Of a stretch of DNA of 64,000 bases, positions 12,711-25,000 are shown in pieces. The DNA is taken from positions 7,316,001-7,380,000 of the forward strand of contig JBHGNT010000016.1 of the NCBI GenBank assembly GCA_043228905.1, given 5' to 3'. The DNA is from Azolla caroliniana (taxonomy: Eukaryota > Plantae > Polypodiophyta). How positions within the stretch are numbered: the stretch's first letter is position 1; each line of letters opens with the position of its first letter. The position numbers and the translations under genes were made by a program. The notes under the pieces were generated by a model that was not told the origin of the DNA, did not search any database, and saw only the letters and a program-made list of their open reading frames with translations.

Positions 12711-14206
12711 GGTTTGGAAGCATCCTCCACCCCCCCCCCCCCCCCCCCCCCCCCACCCACACACAAAATAAAAGGCATCGGATCGTGAAGAAAATCATCA
12801 TCATCACCATCATCATCCTGGAAGAGTAGTTCAATCGGATCATTGAGCCCTCCATCGATCTTCAGTCCACTTTAGGCAGAATCTGCATTCGTCTGCCTTT
12901 TTCAAGCTTTTTTAGCGCCGCTGCAGAAGACAGTAATTTCTGTGTATCTTCTTCTTAGCCTGTGGCACATCTTAGCTCCAGAAAACAGTTATAATTGTAT
13001 ATCTCCTCCTCCTCCTCCTCCTCCTCCTCCTCCTTTTACCTGTGAAGCATTGTAGCTAGTTCTCCAGTAAATCATTGTATATATTTTCCTTCTTCTTCTT
13101 ACTTCTAATCTGTGAACCATTCTCGTTGTCAAAGTTACAAACACCTGTGCCAAGTGTTTATTTAGTCCTCCTTTAAGCTGTGAATTCTTCTTCCTTCTTC
13201 TTTATAATGATCAGTACACAGCTCACTATAATGATGCGCTTCTTTTCCTGATTTTCTGAATAGGTTTTTCTCGTAACCTTTGACTTTAAGATTCAACGTC
13301 TCCAGGTATATATTTTCTTTCTTCTTGGTGATGATCAGAATACAGTTTAACATAATTAAGCTTGACATTTTTTCTGATGCCAAAACTGGCCTTCGCTCAA
13401 TCTTTAACATCTGCAGGTATATTGTTTTCCTTTCTTCTTAAGTATGCTTTGATGGCCGTATCTGTGAATGCATGGTTCGGGTAAAGGTCTATTCTTGATT
13501 TGAAGTTCCCTTTCTGAATGGATTTTTACGTCTAAATTTTCTATTCTGTGATCTGGATAGTTCAAATAACAAGTCCAGTATAATTAATTAGACATTCTTC
13601 TGATCAAGGTAAATAAATCTATAATAAATATTCTTCAGTTTATAATAAGTTTACTATACCAACCATGGTAAAGTCTTGAACTTTCTTTAAGTTTTTAGTG
13701 AATCAATAATGAAAATTTTACCAGGCTAATAAATCTGTTTATTGATCTGGTTTTGCGTAAAGCACGTTGTCTTCAGGTTTTCTGACCCTGAAAACTTCAA
13801 AATACATCATTTCTGTTACTTTAGTCTTCAGAATCTGCTCGTATCTCGTTCATCTTCTTATTTCGGATTTGAGGACTGAATCTGTGAAAGAATTGAACCT
13901 AAAAAAGTGGATTATCAGTGAAAACATTTCAGATAACGAATCTTTTTTCTAATTAAGAAAATACCAAAATAATAATAATAAATGCTTTGGTTTTTACCTT
14001 CAAAAAATTGTAGTGACTTAAAATTTAAGTATTTTCTCTATATTACGTAATAATATGTCTTTTCATCTCCATCATCCAACGTGGAAAGAGTAATAATTCA
14101 AGTTATTATACTATTCTTCGAATATCCAGAAAAGAATACTCCTAGATATTTAATTCTTTCCTAGTTTAGGTTTTCTTTGATCTGTGAGATATGAAATTCG
14201 TCGAGC

Positions 14207-14306
14207 NNNNNNNNNNNNNNNNNNNNNNNNNNNNNNNNNNNNNNNNNNNNNNNNNNNNNNNNNNNNNNNNNNNNNNNNNNNNNNNNNNNNNNNNNNNNNN
14301 NNNNNN
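14207..14306. other. Assembly gap (100 N)
   Basis: Run of N; adjacency across it is not guaranteed. Confidence 1.
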
Positions 14307-14359
14307 AATCAACGTGCTTCTTGTATCGTTCACTACCAAGACGAAGCTCCAAGGATAAG

Positions 14360-15704
14360 TCATGATGTAGCTCTTCTAAAACGCGGGCTCGACCCTCTGC
14401 GGAAGGTTCGCAGAAGTGGTAGGGAGGGAAATGTTGAAGCAAGGATGTAAACCATAGTTTGCAAAGAACGGAGTGATACCATTATTGTAGGTGAATTCTG
14501 CGAGTGAAAGTAAGTTGACCCAATCATCTTGTTGGTAACTAACCGAGCACCGAAAATATTGCTCAAGGATTTGGTTGGCGCGCTCTGTTTGACCGTCAGT
14601 CTGAGGTTGATAAACGGAGGACAACTTGACAAAGATGCCTAAAGTTTGCAGCAGGCACTGCTAGAAGTGAGAGACAAACTGGGATCTGCAATCAGAGATG
14701 ACATCGTCAAGGAGACCATGCAAACGGACCACATGATTGAGGAGCAGATGCGTCATTCCTTCTCCAGAAATGGTTTTTGAGCATGGGATGAAGTGAGCCA
14801 TCTTTGTAAACCGATCAACAACGACCAACACCGAGTCATAGCTATTGACCAAGGGTAGATTGGTTATGAGGTCCATAGAGGTAGAGGCCCAGGGACGACT
14901 AGGGCATGGAAGCGGCTGGAGTAAGCCATATGGCCGATGATGAGAAAATTTGGAGCGAGTGCAAACCTCACAAGTCTTGATGTATTCTTTGACCAACTTC
15001 CATGGTTGTGGCCACCAGTACCCTCTAGAGATTAGTTTGAGGTTTTTTGCAACTCTGAAGTGCCCTACAAGGGGGTCATCGTGGCATTCCCACAACACTG
15101 CAGTGGTATCAACGCAGAGTACTCGGAATAACAAACCATCCTGTATGGTGAAGTGGTCAAGGTCCGTCCTTCTCGGCGTCTTGGAGGGATTTTGTAGACT
15201 ATCTCGAATCTCGTTAGCAATGCATCAGTCCTGGATGCATCAATGATCTATTGGAGTAACGAATCATCCTACAACATACAAGTGGCAAAAAGATGCAATT
15301 GGTTGGGCTTCAGCAAACAGCGAGATTGTTGAGCATGAGCAGCATCCCCAGCGCGGATGGCAAATTCAGGTTGACGAGAAAGAGCATCGGCCTTCCCATG
15401 TTGGCCACCAGGTCAAAATCATAGTCGGCGAGAAATGTTGACCAATGAGCCTGCCTTCGATTCAAAGTACGAGTAATGGAAAAATAAATTAAATTCTTAT
15501 GATCAGTCACTACTTGGACACGGTGTTGTGCTTCGGCCAAATAGGGGCGCCATTCTTCAAAGGCGGCAATGATAGCAGCAAGCTCCTTGTCATATATTGG
15601 ATAATTGATTTCGGATGCCGTGAATTTACGGGAGTAGTAAGCCACCGGGTGCATTATGTTGGAGTCATCGGCCTGGGATAAAATGGCGCTAATGACAAAG
15701 TTAG
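14360..15704 (-). pseudogene. Tcn1-like element: RNase H C-terminal part and integrase, frameshifted
   Basis: ORFs 15310-15768, 14661-15134 and 14376-14624 carry RNase H, HHCC and DDE motifs. Confidence 0.85.
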
Positions 15705-16669
15705 TGACTTCAGCTTTTTCTTTTTTTTTCAAAAAAACATCTTCATTAATAGAAACTTGTACATCCATGACAAAATGATTACACTAACAACCTTATAAAG
15801 GTTGTAGCCGTGGTAGACCAATAAAAACTACAAAGAACGGTGAACACCTACAGGAATGTTCTTTCTATCACCTGTAATGATTGGCTTAAACACTGAACTA
15901 TAATGAAAACATTGTAGGAGACTATCTTTCGAAGTGGAAGCATATCCAACAGTTCATGTACTTTTTGTAAGACTCCACACGTATCATATAGATCAAGCAA
16001 TGCATTGCTAACAACCTGGTTTCTCTTCAACCTGCCCATCTCCTAAATCTTTACCTACATTTCTCTGCCCTTTTCTAATGCTCCAATGCAAGTTTCAACC
16101 TGGTTTTGAATTGGGATCATATCCTGTAATAAGAACATTGTAGTAGACTATCTTTCGAACGGGAAGCATAACAAACAGTTCATGTATGTGACTTCATCTC
16201 CAGAATTTTGTTGAAGTTGCATCTTCTTGACTTGATCAACGCATCCTCACCTTGCTCCTCTTTTTGCTTTTTCAAGTGATCCAACATGTCATCTATTCAT
16301 CTGAGATGATCCCATGACATTGCATATGTTGTAAACCTTTGAACTATCATGAAGATCAGTTGTGCTAGTAATGCCTTCCATGGCACCACATCACGAAACG
16401 AGACCTTATGGACAACATCTCTGACTTGATCTATCCCAACAGCTTTTGAATACATATCCATTAACTAAAAAACAGTACTCTCCAATGCCCTATTTCCACA
16501 AATATGGGCATGTATTTGTTGGCCATTTTCACAACTTTCAGTTTATCACAAGCTTTTGGAAGCACAAAGACAACATAATCTGTAGGTGTTGCATATGTAC
16601 AAGCCAAACCTTCACTGATGCCCTAGAGTTGTTTCCTTCAATTGCATTCCGTTGAAGTTCTGAATCGTT
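15705..16669 (-). pseudogene. PLS-class PPR gene fragment inserted into the Tcn1 RNase H region
   Basis: Fragments GQQIHAHI, LMDMYSK, RDVVPWKALL and NQVVSNALLDLYDTCGVLQKVHELLDMLPLRKIVSYN. The host frame ETDASD|FVISAILSQ is split here. Flanked by GTTAG (15700-15704) and GTCAG (16670-16674), with an A-rich tract near its 3' end. Confidence 0.75.
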
Positions 16670-18250
16670 GTCAGAGGCATCAGTTTCGACTTGGAAGGGT
16701 CATGTGGGGTCGGCATGTAGAAGCATGGGGGCAGTGGTGAATGCGTGTTTGAGAGAGTCGAACGCATTTTGTGCCGCGGAGGTCCATAGAAAGGGAGTAC
16801 CTTTGCGTGTGAGGGCGATAAGAGGATGGGCTAGAGTGGAAAACCCCTGGAGGAAGCGATGGTAAAAATTGGCGAAGCCGAGGAAGGATTGTACATCTTT
16901 AAGTCGAGTTGGCGTCACCCACTCCCGAATGACGGAAACCTTCTTCATATCCATCATGATGCCATTGGGCGAGATTACGTAGCCCAGGAATTCAATCGAG
17001 GTACGATCGAACTCACATTTCTCATTGTTGGCATAAAGATCGTGCTCCCGAAGTTTTGCATGAACTAATTGGACTTGATGGGTGTCCTCCGCCATGTTTG
17101 GCGAAAAAATGAGAATATCATCCAGGTAGATAACCACAAAATGATCGAGATATTCCCGAAATATATCGTTCATCATATGTTGAAAAATAGTCGGGGCATT
17201 AGTAAGGCCGAAAGGCATTACCTTATATTCGAAATGCCCATATCGTGTTCGGAAGGCGGTTTTCCATTCATCACCGGGCTTGATGCAGACCAAACTGTAC
17301 GCGCCACGCAGATCAACTTTGGAGAAGACACGCGCAGCGTGGAGCCGGTCGAGGAGTTCGGGGATCAGAGGGAGCGGATAACTATTGCGCACAGTGAGTT
17401 TGTTGAGGAGCCATCCTTCTTCTTCATGAATAATATGGGGGGCCCGACCGGCGACTTACAAGGTTGAATAAATCCTTTCGCGAGGTTCTCATTGAGATAC
17501 CCTAGAAGGGCCTTTAGCTCTAGCGTAGACAATGCATATAAGGACCAAAGGGTGGACACAGGCCTTCTTGAAGATCGATGGGACAGTCGTAGAGCCGGTG
17601 TTCAGGCAAACGATCTGCATTACGTTTCTCAAGTACATCGAAGAAGTCTTTATAGTTGTCGGGAATAGCGTGGAGTGTGTTAGAAATAGCTCCACAAATG
17701 GCGAGGGTGATGAACTAAGGGTGGAGTAGCCGAGTCAGGATCAACTGTCTCCGAAGGATGTGAAACGGAATTGGCCTTCATAGTTGTGCACAAGCATCCT
17801 CGCTCGTTAAATGTGATCGAGCGATTGCACTAATCCACTATTGGATTGTGCGCCTCTAGCCACGATAGTCCTAAGATGATCGGATGTTGAGGGGATGGGA
17901 TGAGGTAAAAGAGGAGCTCCTCTTGGTTATAGCCCACACGAAGCCCTAATGGGATTGTGATCTTGGTAATTGCTCCTGATGAGAGGACACACCCATCAAT
18001 GGCTTCAATAGAAATGGGTTTTGAGAGGCATATGACGGGTATCTCATGTGCTCGGGCGAATGCGACATCGATGAAGCAAGAAAACACTCCAAAATCAAGT
18101 AAAGCGAGATATTGAATGGAACTAGAATTAAAAGAAAGGCATACCTCCAATGTGAAATTACCTGATGTTCTAGCAATGGAACCACGAGAATGTGGATGAT
18201 AGGACACGTCCAGCTGCACGGCTCCTACTGCAACCGGACGATGTCGTTCT
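16670..18250 (-). pseudogene. Tcn1-like element: protease and reverse transcriptase, decayed
   Basis: ORFs 16700-17392 (RT) and 17830-18327 (protease). Confidence 0.88.
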
Positions 18251-18254
18251 CCGG

Positions 18255-18757
18255 TGTCGTGAACATTTCCGGCAATAGTGTGAAACCGGGGTGGAATGGG
18301 CAAGTCGGTGGTGTGCAACATGTGCACACATATACTAGGAAATGGTGTGTAGAAATAAGAGGGGAAATTTTATCCCACATTGTAAGGTCCCTCCCTCCTT
18401 GGGCTATAAAAGGAAGGGAGGGGTCACTTATGAAGGGGTTGCCTATTTTGCGTATGAGAGGTATACCACTTAGTCTAGAGTTCTTACCTCTTTAGGGTTA
18501 GGGTTTCAGTTAGGGTTTTCTCATAGTTTTGGTGCGGTCCATGCGGCCACCATTGTTGTAATCATTCGTTCGTTTTAACATAACTTGTTGAGTTTCTTGC
18601 CTCCGCCAATCTCTCCTTCTATGTCATGGTCTTATTCTTTTCTCTTCTCCTCTTGAGCTAAGCCTCCATATCATGTCTTATTCTTTCTCATCTACTCCCT
18701 AGTCCGAGACCCCCGTGGTCCCGCCCCTTCTACACGCATGCGCGTAACAAAGCGACA
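18255..18757 (+). repeat. 5' LTR of the gag-only element
   Basis: Matches 21953-22025 plus 27387-27816 with about 17 substitutions by eye. Contains TATAAAA and telomere-like TTTAGGGTTAGGG. Confidence 0.9.
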
Positions 18758-18761
18758 TCTT

Positions 18762-18778
18762 TGGTGAACCCGACGTGA
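18762..18778 (+). promoter_or_regulatory. Primer-binding site complementary to the 3' end of tRNA-Trp
   Basis: TGGTGAACCCGACGTGA is the reverse complement of the plant cytosolic tRNA-Trp 3' end TCACGTCGGGTTCACCA, 4 nt after the LTR. Confidence 0.8.
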
Positions 18779-18794
18779 AGGGCGGCAAGGGAGC

Positions 18795-21700
18795 ATGGAG
18801 ATGGAAGAAGACTTCTACTTCGAGGAGATGATGGCAAAGATCGTGATGGAAGCCGGACGGAAGATGGCGAAGCGAGATGCGGCTCAACAAGCCGTCGAAA
18901 GGGTGGTCGATCGAGTCGGCCGGTTCAATGGGAATGAGGTCCTAAAATTTTTTGGAGCCTACAAGGTCGAGATGGCGAAAGGGGGCGTGGACGAGGTGAT
19001 GCGGCTAGAGTATTTTCCTCAAGTGGCGGTCGTATCGGTGCACAAGGAGGTCAAGGAGCTATGAGAAGCTCATGAGTGGTGGGTGTCCTTTGAGGGAGCC
19101 CTATTGGAGGCGTACGGGTACATGGAACCGGAAGGAAGAGGTCGACATGAGTTCAATCGGTGGGTGGCGTCGGCGAGGCGTCATCGGAGCGTGATGGAGG
19201 CATTCCGAGAGTTCGAGCGCCATTTCTCTCAACTCTCAGAGCGAGATCGGAGATCGGTGGGGGCGGACAAAGTCCTCTTTTTTTTTAAGCCGATCCATCA
19301 AGAGGAGAGGACAGACATCTTATTCAAGCTTCAAGATGATTATGGAACACATGGTCTCACCAAAGAGTGGTCCGAGGTGGAATGGGTGTGCCGGCAACAT
19401 GATGCGAGGCGGTCGGCCACAACACGGCCCGCGAGCAGCGGAGAAGAGAGAGCGGCGAGTGAGTACGCACTACCGCCGGAAGAGAGCTCAACGCAAAACG
19501 GTTCGGAGGAGCTCGACCTAGAAGCGCTAATACGGGAGGCATGCGAGCTTGTGAAGGGGAAAATCGAAGCCGAAGAAGGGCTTATTATGGAGTCGGGCCG
19601 TAGGCGATCGGAGGATGCGGAGGAAGAAGCCTCCCTAAGCGTAGAAGACGGGGCCTATACGGAGGCCGGAAGAGCGTACGACGGCGACATGGGAGAGGGT
19701 GTGGAGGAAGTGACCCTTTTGCCTTGCGGTGAAGGGACGGCCATGGAGGTCGATAACTACGGATTCGGAACATGGCGACTTGAAACATCCAGTGGGGGGG
19801 AGACAAGCGGCGGTGCCGCGACCTTACACACACCAGTCCTAGAGGCTCCGGCGATCGGCCCGAGTGCCGGCATGAGACCTACAGCGACGGGCGGTGGCAG
19901 CGGCAAGGCAAGCAACTGAGATGACGACATGGAAGAGACGGTGGCAAGCGTAATCGAGGCTTGCACGATCAGAGGCGGGGTAGCCATGGACAACGACATC
20001 CGGACGGAGGCGGCTACGGACACAACGAGCGGTGGTGCCGGGTCCTTACCCACACTGGTCCTAGAGGCTCCGGCGGTCGGCCCGAGTGCCGGCGTGAGTC
20101 CTAGAGCGACGGGCGGTGGCGACAGCAAGGCGGGCAACCGAGACGAGGACGAGGACGAGGAGGTAGCAAGCATAACCGAGGCTTGCGTAACCGGGGACGA
20201 GATAGCCACGAACCACGACGTCTGAACAAAGGTGGCTACAAACATGACATCCGCAAGTGATGGTACCGAGACTTTTCCCACACCTATTCTAGAGACTTTG
20301 GCGGTCGGTCCCGAGAGCCCACGTGAGTCCGGAGAGACGGAAGGTGGCGGCGGCAAAGCGGACGATCAAAACGATGGCGAGGAAGGTCATAGCAGACGGA
20401 GGAGAGACCCCTCGACACCGAGGCCAGAGACTACGGCGATTGCGCTCGAATGCCAACGTAAGACCGGAGAGAAGGACGGTGGCCGTGAGGAGGCATGGCC
20501 CGGAGCCAACACGTGTGAAGATGAGGATGCGAGGCCCGGAACGGGCATATACAAGAGGACCGACAGAGAGGTCGGGAGCGGCAAAGAGGAGAGAGTTGGG
20601 GACCGACTCGACCGGAAGACGAAGCGGAAGAAGAGTGAAGCGGGGGCCTGTCAACTGGGCCCAAACTAAAAGAAGCCGGCAAGACCGGGATTGTTTGATC
20701 AACTCCTTACCGGCCGGTTACGGTTACGATGGGAGCCGATGAGAGCGAGAAGGAGGCTAACCGGGCACGACGAGTACAAATCAGTGAGAGGCCGAGAGCA
20801 AGAAGGACCCTCCCCACCTATTCTAGAGACTTCGGCGGTTGCGAATTAACATAAGACCGGAGAGACAGCGGGTGGCGGCGAGGAGTCGGAGACCAGAACG
20901 GACGAGGCTACTGGAATGGGTACCCGGTGCGTGAAGACGGACGAGCACGGGTCAAATGGCAAGCCGGAGTCGGAAGGGGCTACGGCAACGAAGGACGAAG
21001 AGACCGACGCGAAGGTCGGGTCTACGGTGGATGAGGCGCGTAATACGAAGTATGCACTACGGCATAAAATGGAGCATGCTCTACAGCCGTTCGAAGGCCG
21101 AGAAACGAGCATGTATTCGGAAGAGCCACAACGAGTGACTAGTGATAGCGGTCCAATCGAGCCTTTGAGAGGTAAAAGTGCGGCGAGGGACGAAGCGGCG
21201 AGATGCTGGGATCGGCGGATGGGCGGCGAGAGCGAAGGATGGTGCGCGGAGAACAACGGGGTAAACACTGGGAAGAGAAAACGCAGCGGCTTCCCGGAGG
21301 GCATGCAAAGCCAAGCGGGCCAAGAGGGCGCAAGTCGAGGTGAGGCGGTAACGAGAGCTTCAAGGGACACCGACACGGAGGTCGGGATGACGATACGCTC
21401 TACGACGAGAGAGCATGACGGGCAAAGGAGAAGCAAGGAACGCAGAATGGGGTCGCCTAAGGGCCAAAGAATGAGCGCATATTCGGGGGACTACATCGGC
21501 ACACAGGAAGAGCCTACGGAAGGCAAGCGCGGAGCGGGAAGAGTTGACACGCAGAGGTGTTCGGCATGCGGAAACGATAAAACCAAAGGAGGAACATACG
21601 CGTCACGCAAAGGGCGGAATCCAGAGTGCGATCGGAGAGATCAGGAGCGCACCCGGAGGACATACGAGGCAGACAAAGGAAGAGCAACCGGGTCAGCAAC

Positions 21701-21952
21701 GACGTTCGATAGGGCCGGTCGAAGAAGAAGGTGTGAACGTCAGATACGGTTGATCGGATGGAGCCGCCGGTTCGGGGACACGCGGTGGACATGGTGGATC
21801 GGATGGAGCCGACGGGTCAGGACCGGTAAGGAGCCGGCAAGACGGTTGGCTGCTAGTGAGACGAAAGACCCGATTGATCACCGTCGCCGAAATCTCTCAC
21901 CCTTTTCCTTTCTTGGCACATACCGGTGGATGTGCGGTTTGGTGGGGGTGAA
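18795..21952 (+). pseudogene. Single long gag-like ORF (capsid-like N-terminus plus acidic/Gly-rich repeats) broken by five in-frame stops
   Basis: ORFs starting at 18795, 19083, 19929, 20232 and 20916 share one frame. N-terminus GRFNGNEVLKFFGAY..SFEGALLEAY resembles a Ty3 capsid. Repeats P[V/I]LE.PA.GPS..ATGGG. Confidence 0.65.
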
Positions 21953-22025
21953 TGTCGTGAAGATTTCTGGCTATAGTGTGAAACCGGGGTGGAATGGGCA
22001 AGTCGGTGGTGTGCAACATGTGCAC

Positions 22026-25000
22026 TGTTGGGAGACAGTTCCCTCCGGATGGGAAGGGAGAAGAACAGTGCCGACGAACAAACTCGGCCGAGGCCGACAG
22101 GCCGAGGTCGAACCGGTATGAACCGGATGGGGAGTACCCGACTACGGAGAGCCGGATGGTGTAGGCCCGGTATGAACCGGAGGAAGAGACATATTCGTAA
22201 ATATGTTTCTGAGAGCCCATCGAGGCTACATTTGTAAATAGCCGAAAAGTCATATTAGTATAAATATGACTTAGGGCAAACTTTTAGGTGTGTCGTTTTT
22301 GTTGTTGTTATTCTCCCTTGTTGGTGCAAGAAGAAGATAGAGCGTGTATCTGTACAGAGAGAGAGTGAGAGACGAGGTCGTTGCCTCTGTTGTAACCGTC
22401 GCCTGTGGCGAAGATCTGAGAGCACGAGGTAGTTGCCTCAGTGAACTCACTGTTGTATATTCCTACATAGTGACAGTTTGCAGCCTGTGGGCTGCCGTGG
22501 TTTTTTCCCCTATTTTGGGGGGGGTTTCCACGTAAACCTCCTGTGTACCATTTCTCCCCTTTGTGTCGCGTTTCATTACCTGTTTTTCTGTGTATGAAAA
22601 GAATCTCGGTTGTGGCCGAGCGTTGGACATAAGGAACGTCCAGTTCTCGACAAGTGGTATCAGAGCAAAATCGACACAGAAAATGGACGAATCGTTTGGC
22701 GGCATGTTCAAGCTCACCGGCTCCAACTATTCAGTGTGGAAGTCGAAGATGAGGGACATGCTCGTGGTTAAAGACCTCTGGCTGCCGGTTCAGTTCGGGG
22801 ACAAGAGACCGGACAAAATCGACGCCGCGATATGGGAGGTGATGCACATGAAGACAACGGCGTACATACGGTGCTTCATCGACATGAGCCTGAACAACAA
22901 CTTCAATGAAGAGAGCAAGGCTCATGAGCTCTGGGAGAAGATCAGCATAATGTTCCAGAACAAAAATGTTGTCAATCAGGTGTCGGTATTCCGGAAGCTA
23001 GTAAGACTCCGGTACCAAGATGGCTCCATCATGGCGGAGCATATGAATGCCTTCCAGGGGTTGATCCACCAGGCAACGTCATTGGAAGTACCTCTTGCCG
23101 ATGAGGTCCTAGCGCTACTCCTGCTCGGTTCCCTCCCGGATAGCTGGGAGACGTTGGTTGTCACTTTGGGCAACGCCGGGCCGGAAGGAAAACGGTTATC
23201 CCTAGCAAGAGTAAAGTCGAGCTTGCTAGATGAGGAGGCTCGTCGGAAAGACAAAGATACGAGCTCCGACTCCAAAGCGCTCCTTACCGAATCGGAACGC
23301 GGAAGACATAGAAACCATAGTCCCCAGAACCGGGAGAAGTCGGGGACACGGTCAAAGTCAAGAGGGAGGCCTACTTGCTTCTATTGTGGCAAGCCGGGAC
23401 ACTTCCAAAAGAACTGTCGGCATTTCCGTAAAGACAAGGAAACCGACGGTACCGATTCGAAGCAAACCCCGAACCAGAACGGTACAGACCGGAACGGTAA
23501 AGACCGGAGGGGGCCGGACCGGAAGGGAACGACGGCAATTGCGGCAAGTTAAGAGGAGTTGATGCTCATCACCGAGGAGAGTGAGATAAACCATGCCGGT
23601 GACGAGATGACCTGGGTGGTAGACTCCGGAGCGTCGTTCCACCTTACCCCGGACTGGAAATGCTTCTCATCCTACTCAGTCGGTGATCACGGCTGTGTCC
23701 GGATGGGGAATGAAGGAACATGCCGAATTGTCGACATAGGAGACGTGTGGCTGACAACACCAACCGGATGCAAGTTGCTGTTGAAGGATGTCCGACACGT
23801 TCCGGAAGTTCGTCTGAACCTGATATCAGCCGGTCGGCTAGATGATGAAGGCTACACGGGTAGCATCCGGAACGGTGTCATGAAGTTCAGCAAAGGGAGC
23901 CTGATTGTGGCTCGGGCCTGGAAGGTAAACACACTGTACCTGATGAATGCTCGGTTATGTCCGGAAGAAGTGAACGTGGCTTCCGACACTGCCGGTGAGC
24001 TGTGGCACAAGAGGCTATGTCACATGAGTGAGAAGGGGATGAAGAGGCTTGGAGACGACAACCTCATTCCGGTGAAGAACGTGCACTTAGAGAAGTGCAC
24101 TGATTGTCTGGCCGGCAAGCAGAACCGGACCTCCTTCCGACCAAGGCCACCGATGAGACGTAATGCACCACTGGAGTTGGTGCATACGAATGTTTGTCAA
24201 GTAGACACGAAGTCACATTCCGGAGCGCAGTACTTCGTGACGTTCATAGATGACCACAGCCGGAAGCTGTGGGCCACACCGCTAAAGACGAAGGATCAGG
24301 TGTTATCAGTCTTCAAAGAGCTCCACGCGAGAGTGGAAAGAGAAACCGGCCGGAAGCTGAAGGCGGTTCGAGCAGATAACGGAGGAGAGTATTGGGGGCA
24401 GTTCGAGGAGTACTACCGCTCGAAGGGAATCCGGCTCGAATTTACCGTGCCGAAGACGCCGGAACTAAACGGACTGGCCGAGAGGATGAACTGGACCATA
24501 ATGGAGAGGGTCCGGAGTATGCTAGCGCATGCAAAACTACCCAAGAAGTTTTGGGCTGAGGCACTGTCGACGACGACATATGTGATAAACAGATCACCCT
24601 CAGTACCCTTGGACGGAGACACGCCACAGAGAGTATGGACCGGTAAGGAAGTGTCCTACCGGCATCTGAGGGTGTTCGGGTGTCTCGCGTACTTGCATGT
24701 AGCAAAGGACCGGAGAGGAAAGTTAGATCCAAAGACCCGGCCATGCATATTCCTCGGTTACGGTGACGATGAGTTCGGCTACCGAGTGTGGGACCCGGTC
24801 GACAAGAAGGTATTCCGGAGTCCAGATATTATCTTCATGGAGGACAAGACGCTCGCCGACTGGGAGTCGGAGAAGAAGATAATGAACTCCGAGTCGACCG
24901 GTAAGGATAGACTCTACAATGAGCAGACCCAACCGGCAAGAGACCGGTTAGCACTCGAGGAACCAGCCGGTTACGGTGAGGATACCGAACCGGCCGAAGA

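Noticed and set aside
11718-12771. Several overlapping 60-208 aa ORFs upstream of ECI
   Set aside because: They arise from microsatellite and minisatellite sequence on both strands and contain no recognisable domains.
18762-18778. tRNA gene
   Set aside because: Only the 17-nt complement of a tRNA 3' end (a PBS); no cloverleaf.
19757-21881. Antisense ORFs within the gag-only element
   Set aside because: Shadow frames of GC-rich coding sequence with no independent signals.
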